DNA from: Podarcis vaucheri
Taxonomy: Eukaryota
NCBI GenBank assembly: GCA_965113315.1
Contig: OZ220371.1
Reading direction: 5' to 3' (one strand)
Length of the DNA: 64,000 nt
In this document: piece by piece, positions 25,122 to 37,071 of the stretch
Layout: each line of letters opens with the position of its first letter
Position numbering within the stretch: the stretch's first letter is position 1
The notes under the pieces: generated by a model
Databases searched by the model: none
Told to the model about the DNA's origin: nothing
What the model saw: the letters and a program-made list of their open reading frames with translations, nothing else
Position numbers and translations under genes: made by a program

Positions 25122-25181
25122 GAGGGGGATGTTGTTCCTGTATTCCTCCCTCCATCAGACGATTGCAAGAATACGGTTTTT
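25122..25181 (+). CDS. ANK2: Candidate ANK2 Cys-rich cassette exon, 60 nt (or 54 nt ending 25175): GGGCCSCIPPSIRRLQEYGF
   Basis: gcctttatttcag|GAGGGG; two in-frame phase-1 donors (ACG|gttttt at 25176, TTT|gtatgc at 25182); open in the ANK2 frame. Confidence 0.45.
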
Positions 25182-25426
25182 GTATGCTGCTGCTCTCACG
25201 ACTCAGCAGGGACAGATGTTCAGTATTTCCATTTTAGCGGTTCAGTTGCCGACAGTTCCATTAGAGCCTCCGGGAGCTGTGTGTGGCTGACATAATGTGA
25301 TGCCCATCTGTAATCACTTAACTGGCAATTATTTGGGTCTAGACAGCATGGCTGGTCAAAGAGGCAATATAATACCCTGAAGTAGCTATGGTTACAAAGA
25401 TTTGCACAAAGAATAACACGCCAAAC

Positions 25427-27036
25427 CAGGGATGGCAAACCTGTGACCCTCCAGGTGTTGTTGAACTACATCTTCCATCATCCCTGACCATTAGCCATGA
25501 TAATAATAATAATAATAATAAATTTTATTTATATCCCGCCCTCCCCAGCCGAAGCCGGGCTCAGGGCGGCTAACAACAATAAAACAGTACAAAGGTACAA
25601 CATAAACAACATTCTAAAATCATTCATTATAAAAATTAATTAATTCAAGCCACTAGCAACCATTGGGCCAGAGCTCTGCGAAGATTGCCGAGGGAGGGAG
25701 TCAGGCTGTGCCCTGGCCAAAGGCCTGGTGGAACAGCTCTGTCTTGCAGGCCCTGCGGAAGGATGTCAAGTCCCGCAGGGCCCTGGTCTCTTGTGACAGA
25801 GTGTTCCACCAGATCGGAGCCACAGCCGAAAAAGCCCTGGCTCTAGTTGAGGCCAGCCTAACTTCTCTGTGGCCTGGGACCTTCAAGATGTTTTTATTTG
25901 AAGACCGTAGGTTTCTCTGTGGGGCATACCAGGAGAGGCGGTCCCGTAGGTACGAGGGTCCTAGGCCATATAGGGCTTTAAAGGTTAAAACCAGCACCTT
26001 AAACCTGATCCTGTACTCCACCGGGAGCCAGTGCAGCTGGTATAGCACCGGGTGAATGTGATCTCGCAGCGAAGACCTCGTAAGGAGTCTCGCTGCAGCA
26101 TTCTGCACCCGCTGGAGTTTCTGGGTCAGTCTCAAGGGCAGCCCCACGTAGAGCGAGTTACAATAATCCAGTCTGGAGGTGACCGTCGCGTGGATCACAG
26201 TGGCTAGGTCAGGGCGAGAGAGGTAAGGAGCCAACTGCTTAGCTTGGCGGAGATGGAAAAATGCCGCCTTTGTTATAGCTGCAATCTGCGCCTCCATGGA
26301 AAGGGAGGTGTCGAAGATTACACCCAAACTCTTAACGGACGGTGCTGGCACTAATTGCGCCCCCGCAAGAGATGGGAGTTGCCCCCCCAATCCCATATCG
26401 CCCCGTCCCAGCCACAGGACCTCTGTCTTCGAAGGATTTAGCTTCAACCGGCTCCCACGTAACCATCTAGCCACAGCTTCCAAACATCTGGTCAGTGTGT
26501 CTGGGGCCGAGTCAGGATGGCCATCCATCAACAGATAAAGTTGGGTGTCATCGGCATACTGATGACAACCCAGCCCAAAACTCCGAACAAGCTGGGCGAG
26601 GGGGCGCATAAAGATGTTGAAAAGCATCGGGGAGAGTATCGCGCCCTGAGGTACTCCACACACCAAGGAGTGGCGCGATGACAATTCCCCCCCAAGCGCC
26701 ACCCTCTGTCCCCGACCAGAGAGAAACGAGCGCAGCCATTGAAGGACTGTGCCCTGGATCCCCACGTCGGTAAGGCGGTGGTCCAAAAGTTCGTGATCGA
26801 CCATGTCGAAAGCTGCTGATAGATCTAGAAGAATCAGCAGCCCTGACCCGCCTCGATCCAGCTGTCTACGAAGGTCATCTGTTAGGGCGACCAGAGCCGT
26901 CTCGGTCCCATGACCAGCGCGGAAGCCAGACTGGAATGGATCCAGAGCCAATGTTTCATCCAGAAACCCACCAAGCTGGGGCTGATGGGAGCTGGAGCCC
27001 AAGAATGTCCAGAGGGTCACAGGCTCCCCTTTCCTG
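25427..27036. mobile_element. Palindromic hAT-type MITE split in two by the L2 insertion (arms 25427-25499 and ~26975-27036)
   Basis: Left arm CAGGGATGGCAAACCTGTGACCCTCCAG...CCATCATCCC; right arm GGGGCTGATGGGAG...AGAGGGTCACAGGCTCCCCTTTCCTG. Confidence 0.75.
25500..26974 (-). mobile_element. Young 5'-truncated L2-clade LINE (RT domain to 3' UTR and (ATT)n tail)
   Basis: Uninterrupted ORF with QSGFR, LLDLSAAFD, GVPQG, YADDTQLY, LKLNPSKTE, SRLDYCNSL and HWLP..RI.FK; stop at 25701-25703; (TAA)n on + strand at 25501-25521; CpG-rich. Confidence 0.92.
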
Positions 27037-27736
27037 TTATAAATCCCTGACATGATTTAAGTTTAAGTGAAAAGTACCTGGAGAGAGGAGGATACAAGAG
27101 TATGGATTCCTTTAAAAGAGGAATACATCCCCCAGTTTCTGATCTGCTTTTCCATGTGAGCATCATCAGAACAGATACGTCTTCACTCTTTCTCATGGTA
27201 ACTATATTTATAGAGAGAGTGTCTGGTTCATTGGTTCGGTGCAAGACTGTTAGGTCAGCAGTCATTACTAGATGCTGCTGGTTCAAGGTGAATAATGTGT
27301 AGTCATAGGGTTTGACTCGGATTCATTCATGTTTGGAATGGACAAACTTAAGACAAATTTCACTGGGTCTGCTCTACGCATGACTAAGTCTGGATCCAAT
27401 GCATCATTGCCTCATAATGAATGTGAACCATTTTCTGTTATGGTTGGAATGCTTAATGTAACACTTTTTATTATTATTTTGAAAGTAATCTGAAAGTCAG
27501 TTTTGCCTTTGTGCCTTACAAAGTTTGAGTTAAGATCCAGAACTTATGCTTGCTTGGATCCAAACATTTTCACAGTTCATAAAAGGCCTGTTTCTGTCTT
27601 AGTGGAAGATCACTGCAAAAGAAAAATGCTCCCCACCACAGATCCTGAGAAGGTCTTCCATTTGCACAAGCTCTCCCCCCGCCCGTCTTTATATATACAT
27701 ATATTCCCCACCAGATTTTATATATGCTGTTTCTTC

Positions 27737-27900
27737 CTTGCTTTGCATGCAGAAGGTCCCAGGTGCAGTCATTGTCACCTCCATTTAAAAGGATCAGGTA
27801 GGAGCTGATGGGAAAGACCTCTGCTGCCAGTATGAGTAGACAATACTGAGTTAAATGGGCAAATAGCCTGATCCAAACATTAGGCAGCTTTCTCTGTTCA
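27737..27900 (+). mobile_element. Squam2-like SINE, 5'-truncated
   Basis: TGCTTTGCATGCAGAAGGTCCCAGGT...GTAGACAATACTGAGTTAAATGGGCAAATAGCCTGA...AGGCAGCTTTCTCTGTTC. Confidence 0.65.
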
Positions 27901-28452
27901 CATCTGATACTTAATTGAGCTTCTTCTGAAAATGAGAGTATAGTGCCAATATAAACTCTCTGTTGGCTAGAATATATATTTCTGTTTCTTTTCTACATTC
28001 TGTCCCACATTAATGACATTCTCATATGGCACATAATAGTGCAATAGGGGCTCAAAGTCAAATTTTAATGTCTCATGTGGAAGCAGTTTCTGTCAGAGGC
28101 CAGCTGTGTCCAAGAAACTAAGTGGAAAAAAGGAACAAAGGTAAAATTAGTTCAGCCAACAGTATGTATAATGGCAAAGGACAAAAGACTGATTCAACGT
28201 GAGGTGCTGTTGATGGTTTTTTTTAAAAAAACAACAAACACTTAAATTGATATCATCCCACTTAATCTGCCAGTGTTTTCTTAGTGTGTATTAACAGCTT
28301 GTGCTTGCTGTGCTTCAGGAATGAGGATAATGTTCCCTGTTTTGTTTGTTTGTGTTTGAGGTGATCCACCTAATATGTGACCATACTTTTCCAGTGCTGT
28401 AGGGCTTCATTAGTTTATTGATCTTGTGAATTTGTATGTGTTTTGGCTCAAG

Positions 28453-28597
28453 GTGATGACACTATGACAGGAGATGGGGGAGAATATCTTAGACCGGAAG
28501 ATCTGAAAGAATTAGGCGACGATTCCTTACCCAGCAGCCAGTTCTTAGATGGTATGAACTACCTGAGGTACAGCCTGGAAGGAGGCCGATCTGACAG
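28453..28597 (+). CDS. ANK2: ANK2 exon, 145 nt, linker ([48 protein letters not shown])
   Basis: ctcaag|GTGATG ... TGACAG|gtacta; phase 1/2. Confidence 0.95.
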
Positions 28598-29170
28598 GTA
28601 CTACTGCACCAAGAATGTTCTATTTTTCTAACAAATCTATAGTATTTTTGCTGAATAAACACCCAGTACAGCATGTGGATGAATTTTAGGACACTTTCAA
28701 GGCCCAGAGGCTTGGTGGGCATGGAGAATGCCTACCTTGTAGATTCACAGAAGAATATTTACTGAGGAAGAATATTTACTGAGGGAGAAGTGGCTTGAAA
28801 TGTGTACATAAAGCTCCCCCCCCTCAGATTTCAGCCAAATACCCTAATCACAGCTCACGTGAAAATGAAAGGTACAGAGATGTTCCATCTGAATATTAAA
28901 AGCACTAAACATATGATGTTGTTAGCTTAAATATATAGATCTTCATTGCAGTAAAGAAAGCCTATGCAATGCAGTGGTTGTGCCATTGCTTTGTGCTATG
29001 GGAAACGTACCTTCTTCCTTCTATTAGCCAGCCCAGGCTTATGGAACTGACTTATTTTAAGAAGCTCAGCTTTAGATCCTCTGGTTTTTCTTTCACAATC
29101 ATGGTTTTTCTTTCACAATCATGTTCCATGTTTATTATTTCTCTCTCCCCTCTTTGTATGCTTTCATTAG

Positions 29171-29182
29171 CACTGTGCCCAG
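29171..29182 (+). CDS. ANK2: ANK2 12-nt micro-exon (S-T-V-P)
   Basis: Polypyrimidine tract, TGC, cattag|CACTGTGCCCAG|gtaggt; phase 2/2; resembles the mammalian 'TIP' micro-exon as I recall it. Confidence 0.8.
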
Positions 29183-31976
29183 GTAGGTATTATACAGCAT
29201 GAAAATGATGTTCTCTTCAGTGCTCCCTTGTGGCATCTGTCATTAAATACCCGCATCCATGCTGTAGATGTGCTGGAGGATTTTGAAGGTTTTGTTTATT
29301 ACAGTTGGTCAGTTTTGAAGGAACAACTAAAATACCATTGTGGTTGCAATTAACGATGATCTCAACCAAAATCTTAACTCATTATTTTGCGGCATGTGCA
29401 ATGCTGCCAGTTGAAGGCAGGCTTAAAAAACAAGACACATACTGATTTCAGAAAGATAACAAAGTTAACATGCTGCCCATTTTCAATTATATATAGCTAT
29501 TACAATAGATAGAAAGAACTGCTTGTACCTGACTTTGCTCAATAAGACATACAAGAAGAAAACCAGTCTCTGACAAGTATGAGTAAATGCCCTTGGAGGT
29601 TCTAGTCTCACTGCTCCTGGGTCCTTTTATGTGAGAGTCTACGAAACACCAACTCAATGTTAGAAAGTACAAAAGGTGTCAGGAGAAGAAAAGCCTTGAT
29701 AAATAATTGGTGTGGCTGAGGATAGCGTGAAATTAATGGATAGCATCTGTTTATGATCAACAGCCTTGAGTTTCTTTTTGTCAGGTCAGCTTTACTTAAG
29801 ATACCTCAATAGCATATCCGAAATAAATTACATTTTGCTTTTCATAGGTAGGCTAAAGACAACAGTATGTTGATATCTGCCTGAAAATGTCAATGGGGTA
29901 TTTTGACCCCTGATTTATCATTAATTTTTGTTTACTTTGTACAGCCATCAATGGCTAAAGTCCATATTTTGCACAAATGGGGTATATGCATAACCAAGAC
30001 CCATGATCCAGATAGGAACCTGAATGAATTACAGTTGTGGTTTGCAACCACCAGAGAAAAACCAAGTAACATCTTTAAAGGCCTGTAGTAATTTCAGCCT
30101 TACATACGTCTGGTTGATTGGATGATGTTAACTATTGTAATGTTCAATTAACAAAGCATCATTTTGGGTCCTTTGCCAACCTTGCATCTTGGTGCTGCAG
30201 ATGCTTCAATAATTTATAAAGAATGGGGTTTGCTACTGAAGTTTTTTTTAAAAAAAGAAAGGATAAAATTGAATGAAGGCCAAGCAATTTTTCTGAGGAC
30301 CAAGTTTTCGTGGCCAAAGCAGACGTGATATTATCCACTTATTTAACACTTACATTGTTTTTTAAAGGAACAATTCTATTTGTTTTTAATTTAAAACTCA
30401 CCCCACAACTTGACTTAGCTCAACTTCCTTCAGTTATAAATGATACACACGTAACAGTTATTATGCTATTGTCACTTCCGAGGTTTATTAAAAAATGCAG
30501 GGTTGCTATTACCAGCCTTTGCAAATTTGGGGACTAACTCCCTTTTAACACAGAGGCACATGTGTTGTAAGCATGTTTAGGATTGCATTGCATATCATAC
30601 CTCAGCAGTTAAAATGTGACCAGAAGATATTCATACAGTTTTAGAGCTGAAATGTCCTGATGACATTGACTTGGATCCTAAGTTGCTTCTCTGCTGTTTT
30701 TCTCCATCAGCAGTCCTTTGCACTATAGCCTATGCCATTCCCCAAAATTCCCCAAGCACTAAAACCCTCTTCTGTGAACTCTGTTCTGCTCATGGGAGGA
30801 AAGCTAGGGTCCCTGGAAAGCCATTGCTTGAAATCAATCGGCTGAAATCAGTTCAGTTCAGTTTAATCCAATCAAAACTGACAGGATTTCTGTACATGTC
30901 ATTGCATGCAGAATTGCAACCACAGATCACAATATAAGAACTATTAAGAACATATCAAAAATAATCTTTATATATATATATATATAGTAAGCTACATATA
31001 CTTATGTACTAATGTTGGGAAATATTTTTTCCATTATTTATAAGTTTAATATCCATTAATAGTTAACACTGAGGTAGTAAAATGTGCTGTGTAAATAAAT
31101 GTTGCTACTCAACTGTTTCTTCAATCTTAATTCATTCCTAACATTATTACGTTACTAGGCAACTGGAAACATATTAAGTATTGCACACAAAACACAAATA
31201 TATGAACTATGGCTTGGTAATAGTTTCAGTGATTTAAGTTTCTTAATCAATATTTGAGGTACATAATTATAGCCGAAACTCCATGTAGCTTAGTATGTTT
31301 GCATTTTGATATTTGAGGCGATAGCAGTTAGTTCAATTAAGCCATTAGTTGATGTACGAAAGTAGCTTATTTTGCTTTGCATCTATCATTACTACTGCAA
31401 ATGATTTTATATGTTGTGCATATAAAGGTGGCGTAAAGGTGACAATGTTTTGTTTTGTTTTTGCTTGTTTATAAATTCTGCTGGTATATAAAGGCAGAAT
31501 TGTGCACTATGAAAAGAGCATATGGCTGGCTACCGTCTGTGTACCTTCCAGGGGACTAAGTAGCACACCGTTGCTTGTCAGAGGAACTTACTTCATTTTT
31601 TTTCCTTCCTGAAGAATTCCCTTAAAATTATGAGTGAAATATATATATTTCAACAGGACAAAGAACGATGGAATGGGTTGCTTGTTACTTTTAAGAATAA
31701 GGGGAACCATTAAGCCACAGAGTCACTACTTCAAACTATTTCCATACTGTAGATTGAACAGAATGGGATTCTGTTGGATTCCAAAGGTTTTGAGAAAAGA
31801 GAAGAAAAGTTGGGGGGGGGGAGGAAGAGTGGAGGGTTTTATTGGAGTGCTTAAATCATCCCCCTGGAAGTTGCACTCTATTTGCTAATAGCATGCTTTC
31901 TTCACTCCTTTGCTCTGCCCACAATCCCATCTTCACAACACCATCTCAACTGCTGATAATGTTGCCAACCTACCAG

Positions 31977-32079
31977 CCTACGATCCTTCAGTTCAGACAG
32001 GTCCCATACTCTGAGCCATGCCTCCTACTTGAGAGACAGCGCCATGATTGATGACACGGTTGTTATTCCCAGCCACCAG
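31977..32079 (+). CDS. ANK2: ANK2 exon, 103 nt, linker ([34 protein letters not shown]); in-frame alternative acceptor at 31992
   Basis: taccag|CCTACG ... CACCAG|gtgaga; phase 2/0. Confidence 0.93.
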
Positions 32080-33260
32080 GTGAGATGTTATGGTAGCTTT
32101 GCAAACCTCTCAAACTGGTAACTTTAATGTTGCCATTCTTAATTGTCTTTTATGCATTGTCACTGTTTGGGTGAACTGTCAACTGTCAACTGCTCTGTGT
32201 TTCTTGGGTCTTGCCTGATTTTATAATGTTCTCTAGCTGAATAATTTCCCTCTGTATCATTCACAATACTGTTTTATGGCTGTCAGCAAAAAAAGGTAGC
32301 ATGAAAGAAATGCTTAAATACATCTACAGCAAAGTTTCACCCAGTTTTTGGCAGTTTTATTTCATCAGCTGCTTAGGTTTTCCAAATGAGGACAGAGATA
32401 ATTTTCCACTTAGTATAAAGCAGATAACTGCTTCATAAGACACACTATTTGAAAGTGCATTCTCTGAATAGCTGTGTTGGGGGGGGTCAGTGTCCTTTGC
32501 AATCACATTTATCCCAATTGAGGTATATACACTGTTCTGAGAAGATAAATATTATCTATGTGCTTCACAGCTGAAGTAATATACATGTCTAAAGGGAGGA
32601 ATGACTATAAGTCTTGTATATCCAGGTTCTATAATTTTCTGACAGAAATTAACTGACAGAGGAAATAGTACTGGCACAAGAAACATTAAGACACGGTGAG
32701 GCAAATCTAGGTTGTTTTGATTTTCCCCAAAATTAATAAATGGTAAAAAATGTCGTTCAAATATTTATATATTTCTTTTTTGTTCTCATATTTGGACAAT
32801 TTGAGCATGTTCCACCATTTCAGCAATTGATAAATTGTTTTATGTAGCCACTTTTTAGTGGTAGAAGCTACAGGGGTGTATCCAGTTAAGGCATACTCGG
32901 CATAGACGCAGTTAAATCTATAGACTCAAGTTATGTTAGTTGATTTCACTGAGTTTACTCTGACTATAACTTAGTTGGATGACAATCCTTTGGGCTGGAA
33001 TCATTTAGGAGCAATTAAATGCTGCCACAGTGATTCCAGAGTAGAGCTTGATATATAAATAACTCAGAAGTATATTTAGTTGGTCGTTAACTAAATTACA
33101 CACATGACCTTTTTCACTTTCATTTTAGAATTTTATAGCTTTTTGTGAACCAACTCCATCAGAGGCATAGAAAACATTGGTTTGGGTTGGTTCAGTGTTG
33201 TAAATAAAGAGAAGAACAAAGGTACAAAAACATAAAAGTTAAATTTATTTGCATTTCAAG

Positions 33261-33364
33261 GTATCCACATTGGCCAAAGAAGGTGAGAGAAATTCGTATC
33301 GCTTAAGCTGGAGCCCTGACAACCTGGACAATGTCACTCTCTCTGCTAGCCCCGTTCATTCTGG
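33261..33364 (+). CDS. ANK2: ANK2 exon, 104 nt, linker ([35 protein letters not shown])
   Basis: ttcaag|GTATCC ... TTCTGG|gtaagt; phase 0/2. Confidence 0.94.
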
Positions 33365-36300
33365 GTAAGTAATACACAACAGAAGACAAAGGAAGATAAT
33401 AATTAGAATCTCATCAGCTTGAACTAATGCTTATTTTGGATGTGCATTTTCCTGTGTTATTGTTTCAATGCAAAAGTTCTAACCATTCAGATTAAAGGAC
33501 TCCATTACACTTCACATTGAAGCCATTTTGTAGCATTACGACTCCACACCCCAAAGAATTTGTGACTTCAACAGTCAATGAAAAATATTTTTTTGCAGAT
33601 CCCAACAAATTTGAAGCAATGGCGGTTAAACTTGTTTGAAACAAATACAAATTGGTAATGTGGACATGCCCTAAGCCAGACCTAAAGCTCTTGAATATAA
33701 TGTTGAATCTTGAAATCACTGGGAGTCCAGATTTCAGCAGGTTAAGGCTCAGACCTTGTATGACCATTTTCTATTGAAGATATTACCACTTGAAGCAAAT
33801 ATCAGTGGTGCTTTCATGTGGGACTTTGGGGCAGAAGTCAAGGGCCTCACTCAGCATAATTGAGGGGAGGACTCTCAGACTCAACAGTGATGGCTTACTA
33901 CATTTCAAAATAAGAGGAGAATATACATTACATCTAAAGTGTAAAGTCCACAAAATACCCAATTGAGCCACTGAATGTCAGTACCTTTGGAAAGGTGCAG
34001 TTTTATACTAGCTAGTAACTGGCATCCAGTTTTACAGTTTCTTATACTTGTAATAATGGATAAAATTGACAATCACAGTTCTTAGCTGCTTTCAGGAGGC
34101 CTTCATCAGTTTAGAGGGGAAGGCTTCAAGAGACAATGAACCATAAAAATTCTATTCAGTCATGTATAAGCTGCTTTTGATTAAACAGGGTAATGAGAGT
34201 ACACAGCTGACTCCACCCCCAATGTCTTGCACATCACTTGTCATGTGCATATCAAGAGCCTATGCATGCGTAAATGCCCACACATGTTTCCACAAGATTG
34301 GAACTCCTGCATCACCTAGATGTGAAGAACAATTGACTAGAGCTAGAATCTGTAGGACATGGAAAATGTCAAGAGAGAAGGGATACCAGCACCACACCCA
34401 TTTAAGCAATCTGGCAAATATAATGTTCTTAATAACATAGTTTCATTATCAATTATCTTAATTTGATGTTATGGTACTTTGAAGAGCTGGGTCTTTCATT
34501 ATTATACCTTAGATTACAAAATACAATTTGATAGTGTCAAATTTCGAACAGGGTTATATCTATCAACAGTTTGGATGCATTTAGAAAGAGTGGCAAGAGG
34601 AAGAAAAAGACTGGAATGAACAGATGGTTTTTACATCAGAATTGATGTATACTGGCAACCAGCTGTGTGCTTGGTAAAATGATGGCACAATATCAGCTAG
34701 ATTTTTTTTTTAACTTGGAAGCAAAAGATAAATGCAATAGGCAAAAATATATGGAGTTCAATTAAGTTTACTCTGTGAATAAGTATCAGCATATGATGGA
34801 TTCCGTTTTCAGAGCTTCTCCATGTAACTACCTCAGTGCACAGAGAACGTATGTATGTGTGCCTGCAAAAAATGCATTCATTTATTCCACAAAGGAAGGG
34901 AATGCAGGTATAAATTGGCTACTTCTAATGAAATGAAGAAGCTCTGAAGTTCATGCCTGAAACAGAGCACTAGACTAAAGGGGAAGACCTTAAAGCTTGT
35001 TTAGAAAACATATCTTCATGTAATCAATTTGTGAAGGATGGGACCTCACCTGCTACCCCTGACACCCAGTTTCCATGCATTGATTGTGTTATCTGCACAG
35101 AGCCTATGGGTGTACAAGCTGTTCATGCATAAGCTTTGCCCACACAATCTGTATCTCCTCAACACACTTCTACAGGGAAACATCTGAATGGTCCGCTAGA
35201 TTGTACAGATTAAATTGAACTATATTGGTTGGGTAAGTCTCCTTTGTCAGTGCGGGCTGGACTGCATGGTAGGTTGTTGTTTTTTATACCGTTTGATTCT
35301 TACTATGAGTGTTCACACAGATAATCTAAGGTTTTGGTTCTCCATTATTCTAATGGCCAATACCAATTAGTGAATAATATTTCTGAAAGATTTTCAATTG
35401 TGAAACTCAGGATATTGTAATTCCCATGATAATTTCCCAAATTTATCTCATTTTTGATGGAGGTGGGAGGATTATGGAGGGAATGTAGCACTGGTGCATA
35501 AAGTTGATAAATAATTAGAGTTATCATTCTTAGCTGCCTGTCTTCAAAAAAGGAGATTGGATCACTGCTAACAAGGTAACTGATTTATTTATTTTTAACC
35601 CAGTATGGTATTCTCACAAACAGCAGTGGAAACAGGACCTAGCAGCTGGAAGCTCTTTAAATAAAAATAAAATTACATATAAGCTTTTAAAGTATTCCTA
35701 AACCAAATAGTATTTCTGTGCTGTTCCTTTAATAAAGTATTTCTAAACTTCCTACAATAAAGTTTTTTATTTTTTAAAAAAGCTTCTTATGAACAGCAGT
35801 TTCATATCCTTGAAAATAACAAGATGCAATTTCCCCTCATAATCACGGACAAGGGAACTATGGCAATGAATGCATCAATTTTGAAGCAGGTAGGATAAGA
35901 AATTGGAAACAAGGAACATAAGTCAGAAAAATAAACAAAAATGAACCCCAATATGAACATGTGAACAACTTGAAAAAATAAAGACATATAATTAATGTCA
36001 AATATGTTAATCTGGAAATCAGAATGGAAATGGGACTATATTGGCCAATTCAACGATAATCAACAGATTATTTTTTTCAGGGAGGCAGGAATGAAAAAAG
36101 GCAGCTATGAGTGAAGATGGGTCTATCATAACAATACATTACTGACATCAATGCTCAATGCATTTAATGTTAACGATTTCTCAGTAGAATTAAATTTCAA
36201 TGATATATAACCAAGACTGTGATGCTATAGTGTTTTCCTGGAAATAAGCCCAATTGAATGCAGTGTTGCTTACATAGGATTGTGCAGTGAATTCAGAATT

Positions 36301-36442
36301 GTGTGGTGCTATGTTCAGTGTTAGGAGTTTGACACCCAATTTGCGCTGCAGCTGTTGTTGGTTTATTTTAGCCCATGGGGGGGGGGGAAACTTCTCTAGA
36401 GAACTCATTTGTCCATTCCAAGTACCTGATGACTGATTAAAA

Positions 36443-36569
36443 CAGGGGTAGCCAGTGTGTTGCCTTCTCAATATAGTTGAAGTAACTCCCAACCAGCATA
36501 GCCAGTGGCTAGTTATAATGGGAATTATAATCCGATAACATTTGGAAGGCACCATGTTGGCTACCTTTG
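36443..36569. mobile_element. Palindromic hAT-type MITE
   Basis: Termini CAGGGGTAGCCA / TGGCTACCTTTG; 8-bp flanks GATTAAAA / GATTAAAG. Confidence 0.7.
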
Positions 36570-37035
36570 GATTAAAGCTTTATAGCCTGCCATATGGAGA
36601 CCACTGAAAAGCTCTTAACTGTATCATACGGAAGATACAATGTTGAAGAGGCTATTTCCATATGCAGTTGCCCATGAACTAGATGCATTAAAGCATAACT
36701 GTTCCCTGCTATTTATACATCTGGCACACAGAGTCTGCACACATATGGAGCTGCCTGGAACACTGATACAGGCAAGTGTTTCTATGTGGCCTCCATATTT
36801 TTGGGAGGTGGAATAAATTTGCAATGAGGGCTTGAGTCCCCCCCCCCAATCAGCAGAGATCAGAGAGGGACATCCTGTTTCATTCATCTTTGCACTTATA
36901 TATATATATATTCTCTCTGTAATCTGTGTTTACATATTCACTTTACATCTCTCCATTTGTAGGTTAAAACAGCTTCTCTTCCTCCTTTTATTTCATTTAT
37001 TCATCCACTCTTTTTTTGTTTTGCTACTGTTGCAG

Positions 37036-37071
37036 CCGCTCATCTCCATGTTTTGACCATGACAACAGCAG
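37036..37071 (+). CDS. ANK2: ANK2 36-nt alternative micro-exon (RSSPCFDHDNSS)
   Basis: T-rich tract, ttgcag|CCGCTC ... CAGCAG|gtgaac; phase 2/2; open. Confidence 0.8.

Noticed and set aside
25663-26538. + strand ORFs 25663-26055 and 26296-26538
   Set aside because: Antisense to the GC-rich L2 RT.
26975-27053. N-terminal part (MSGIYNRKGE...) of the 450-aa RT ORF
   Set aside because: It lies in MITE/intron sequence outside the truncated LINE. The fusion is fortuitous, so this is not an autonomous or host gene.
28552-28557. Internal donor-like GTATGA in the 145-nt exon
   Set aside because: Phase 1, while the next exons need phase 2; it would frameshift.
31480-31720. TATATAAAGG box and short ORF as an internal promoter
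   Set aside because: TATA-like words are common in this AT-rich intron; no donor or in-frame link to ANK2 found.
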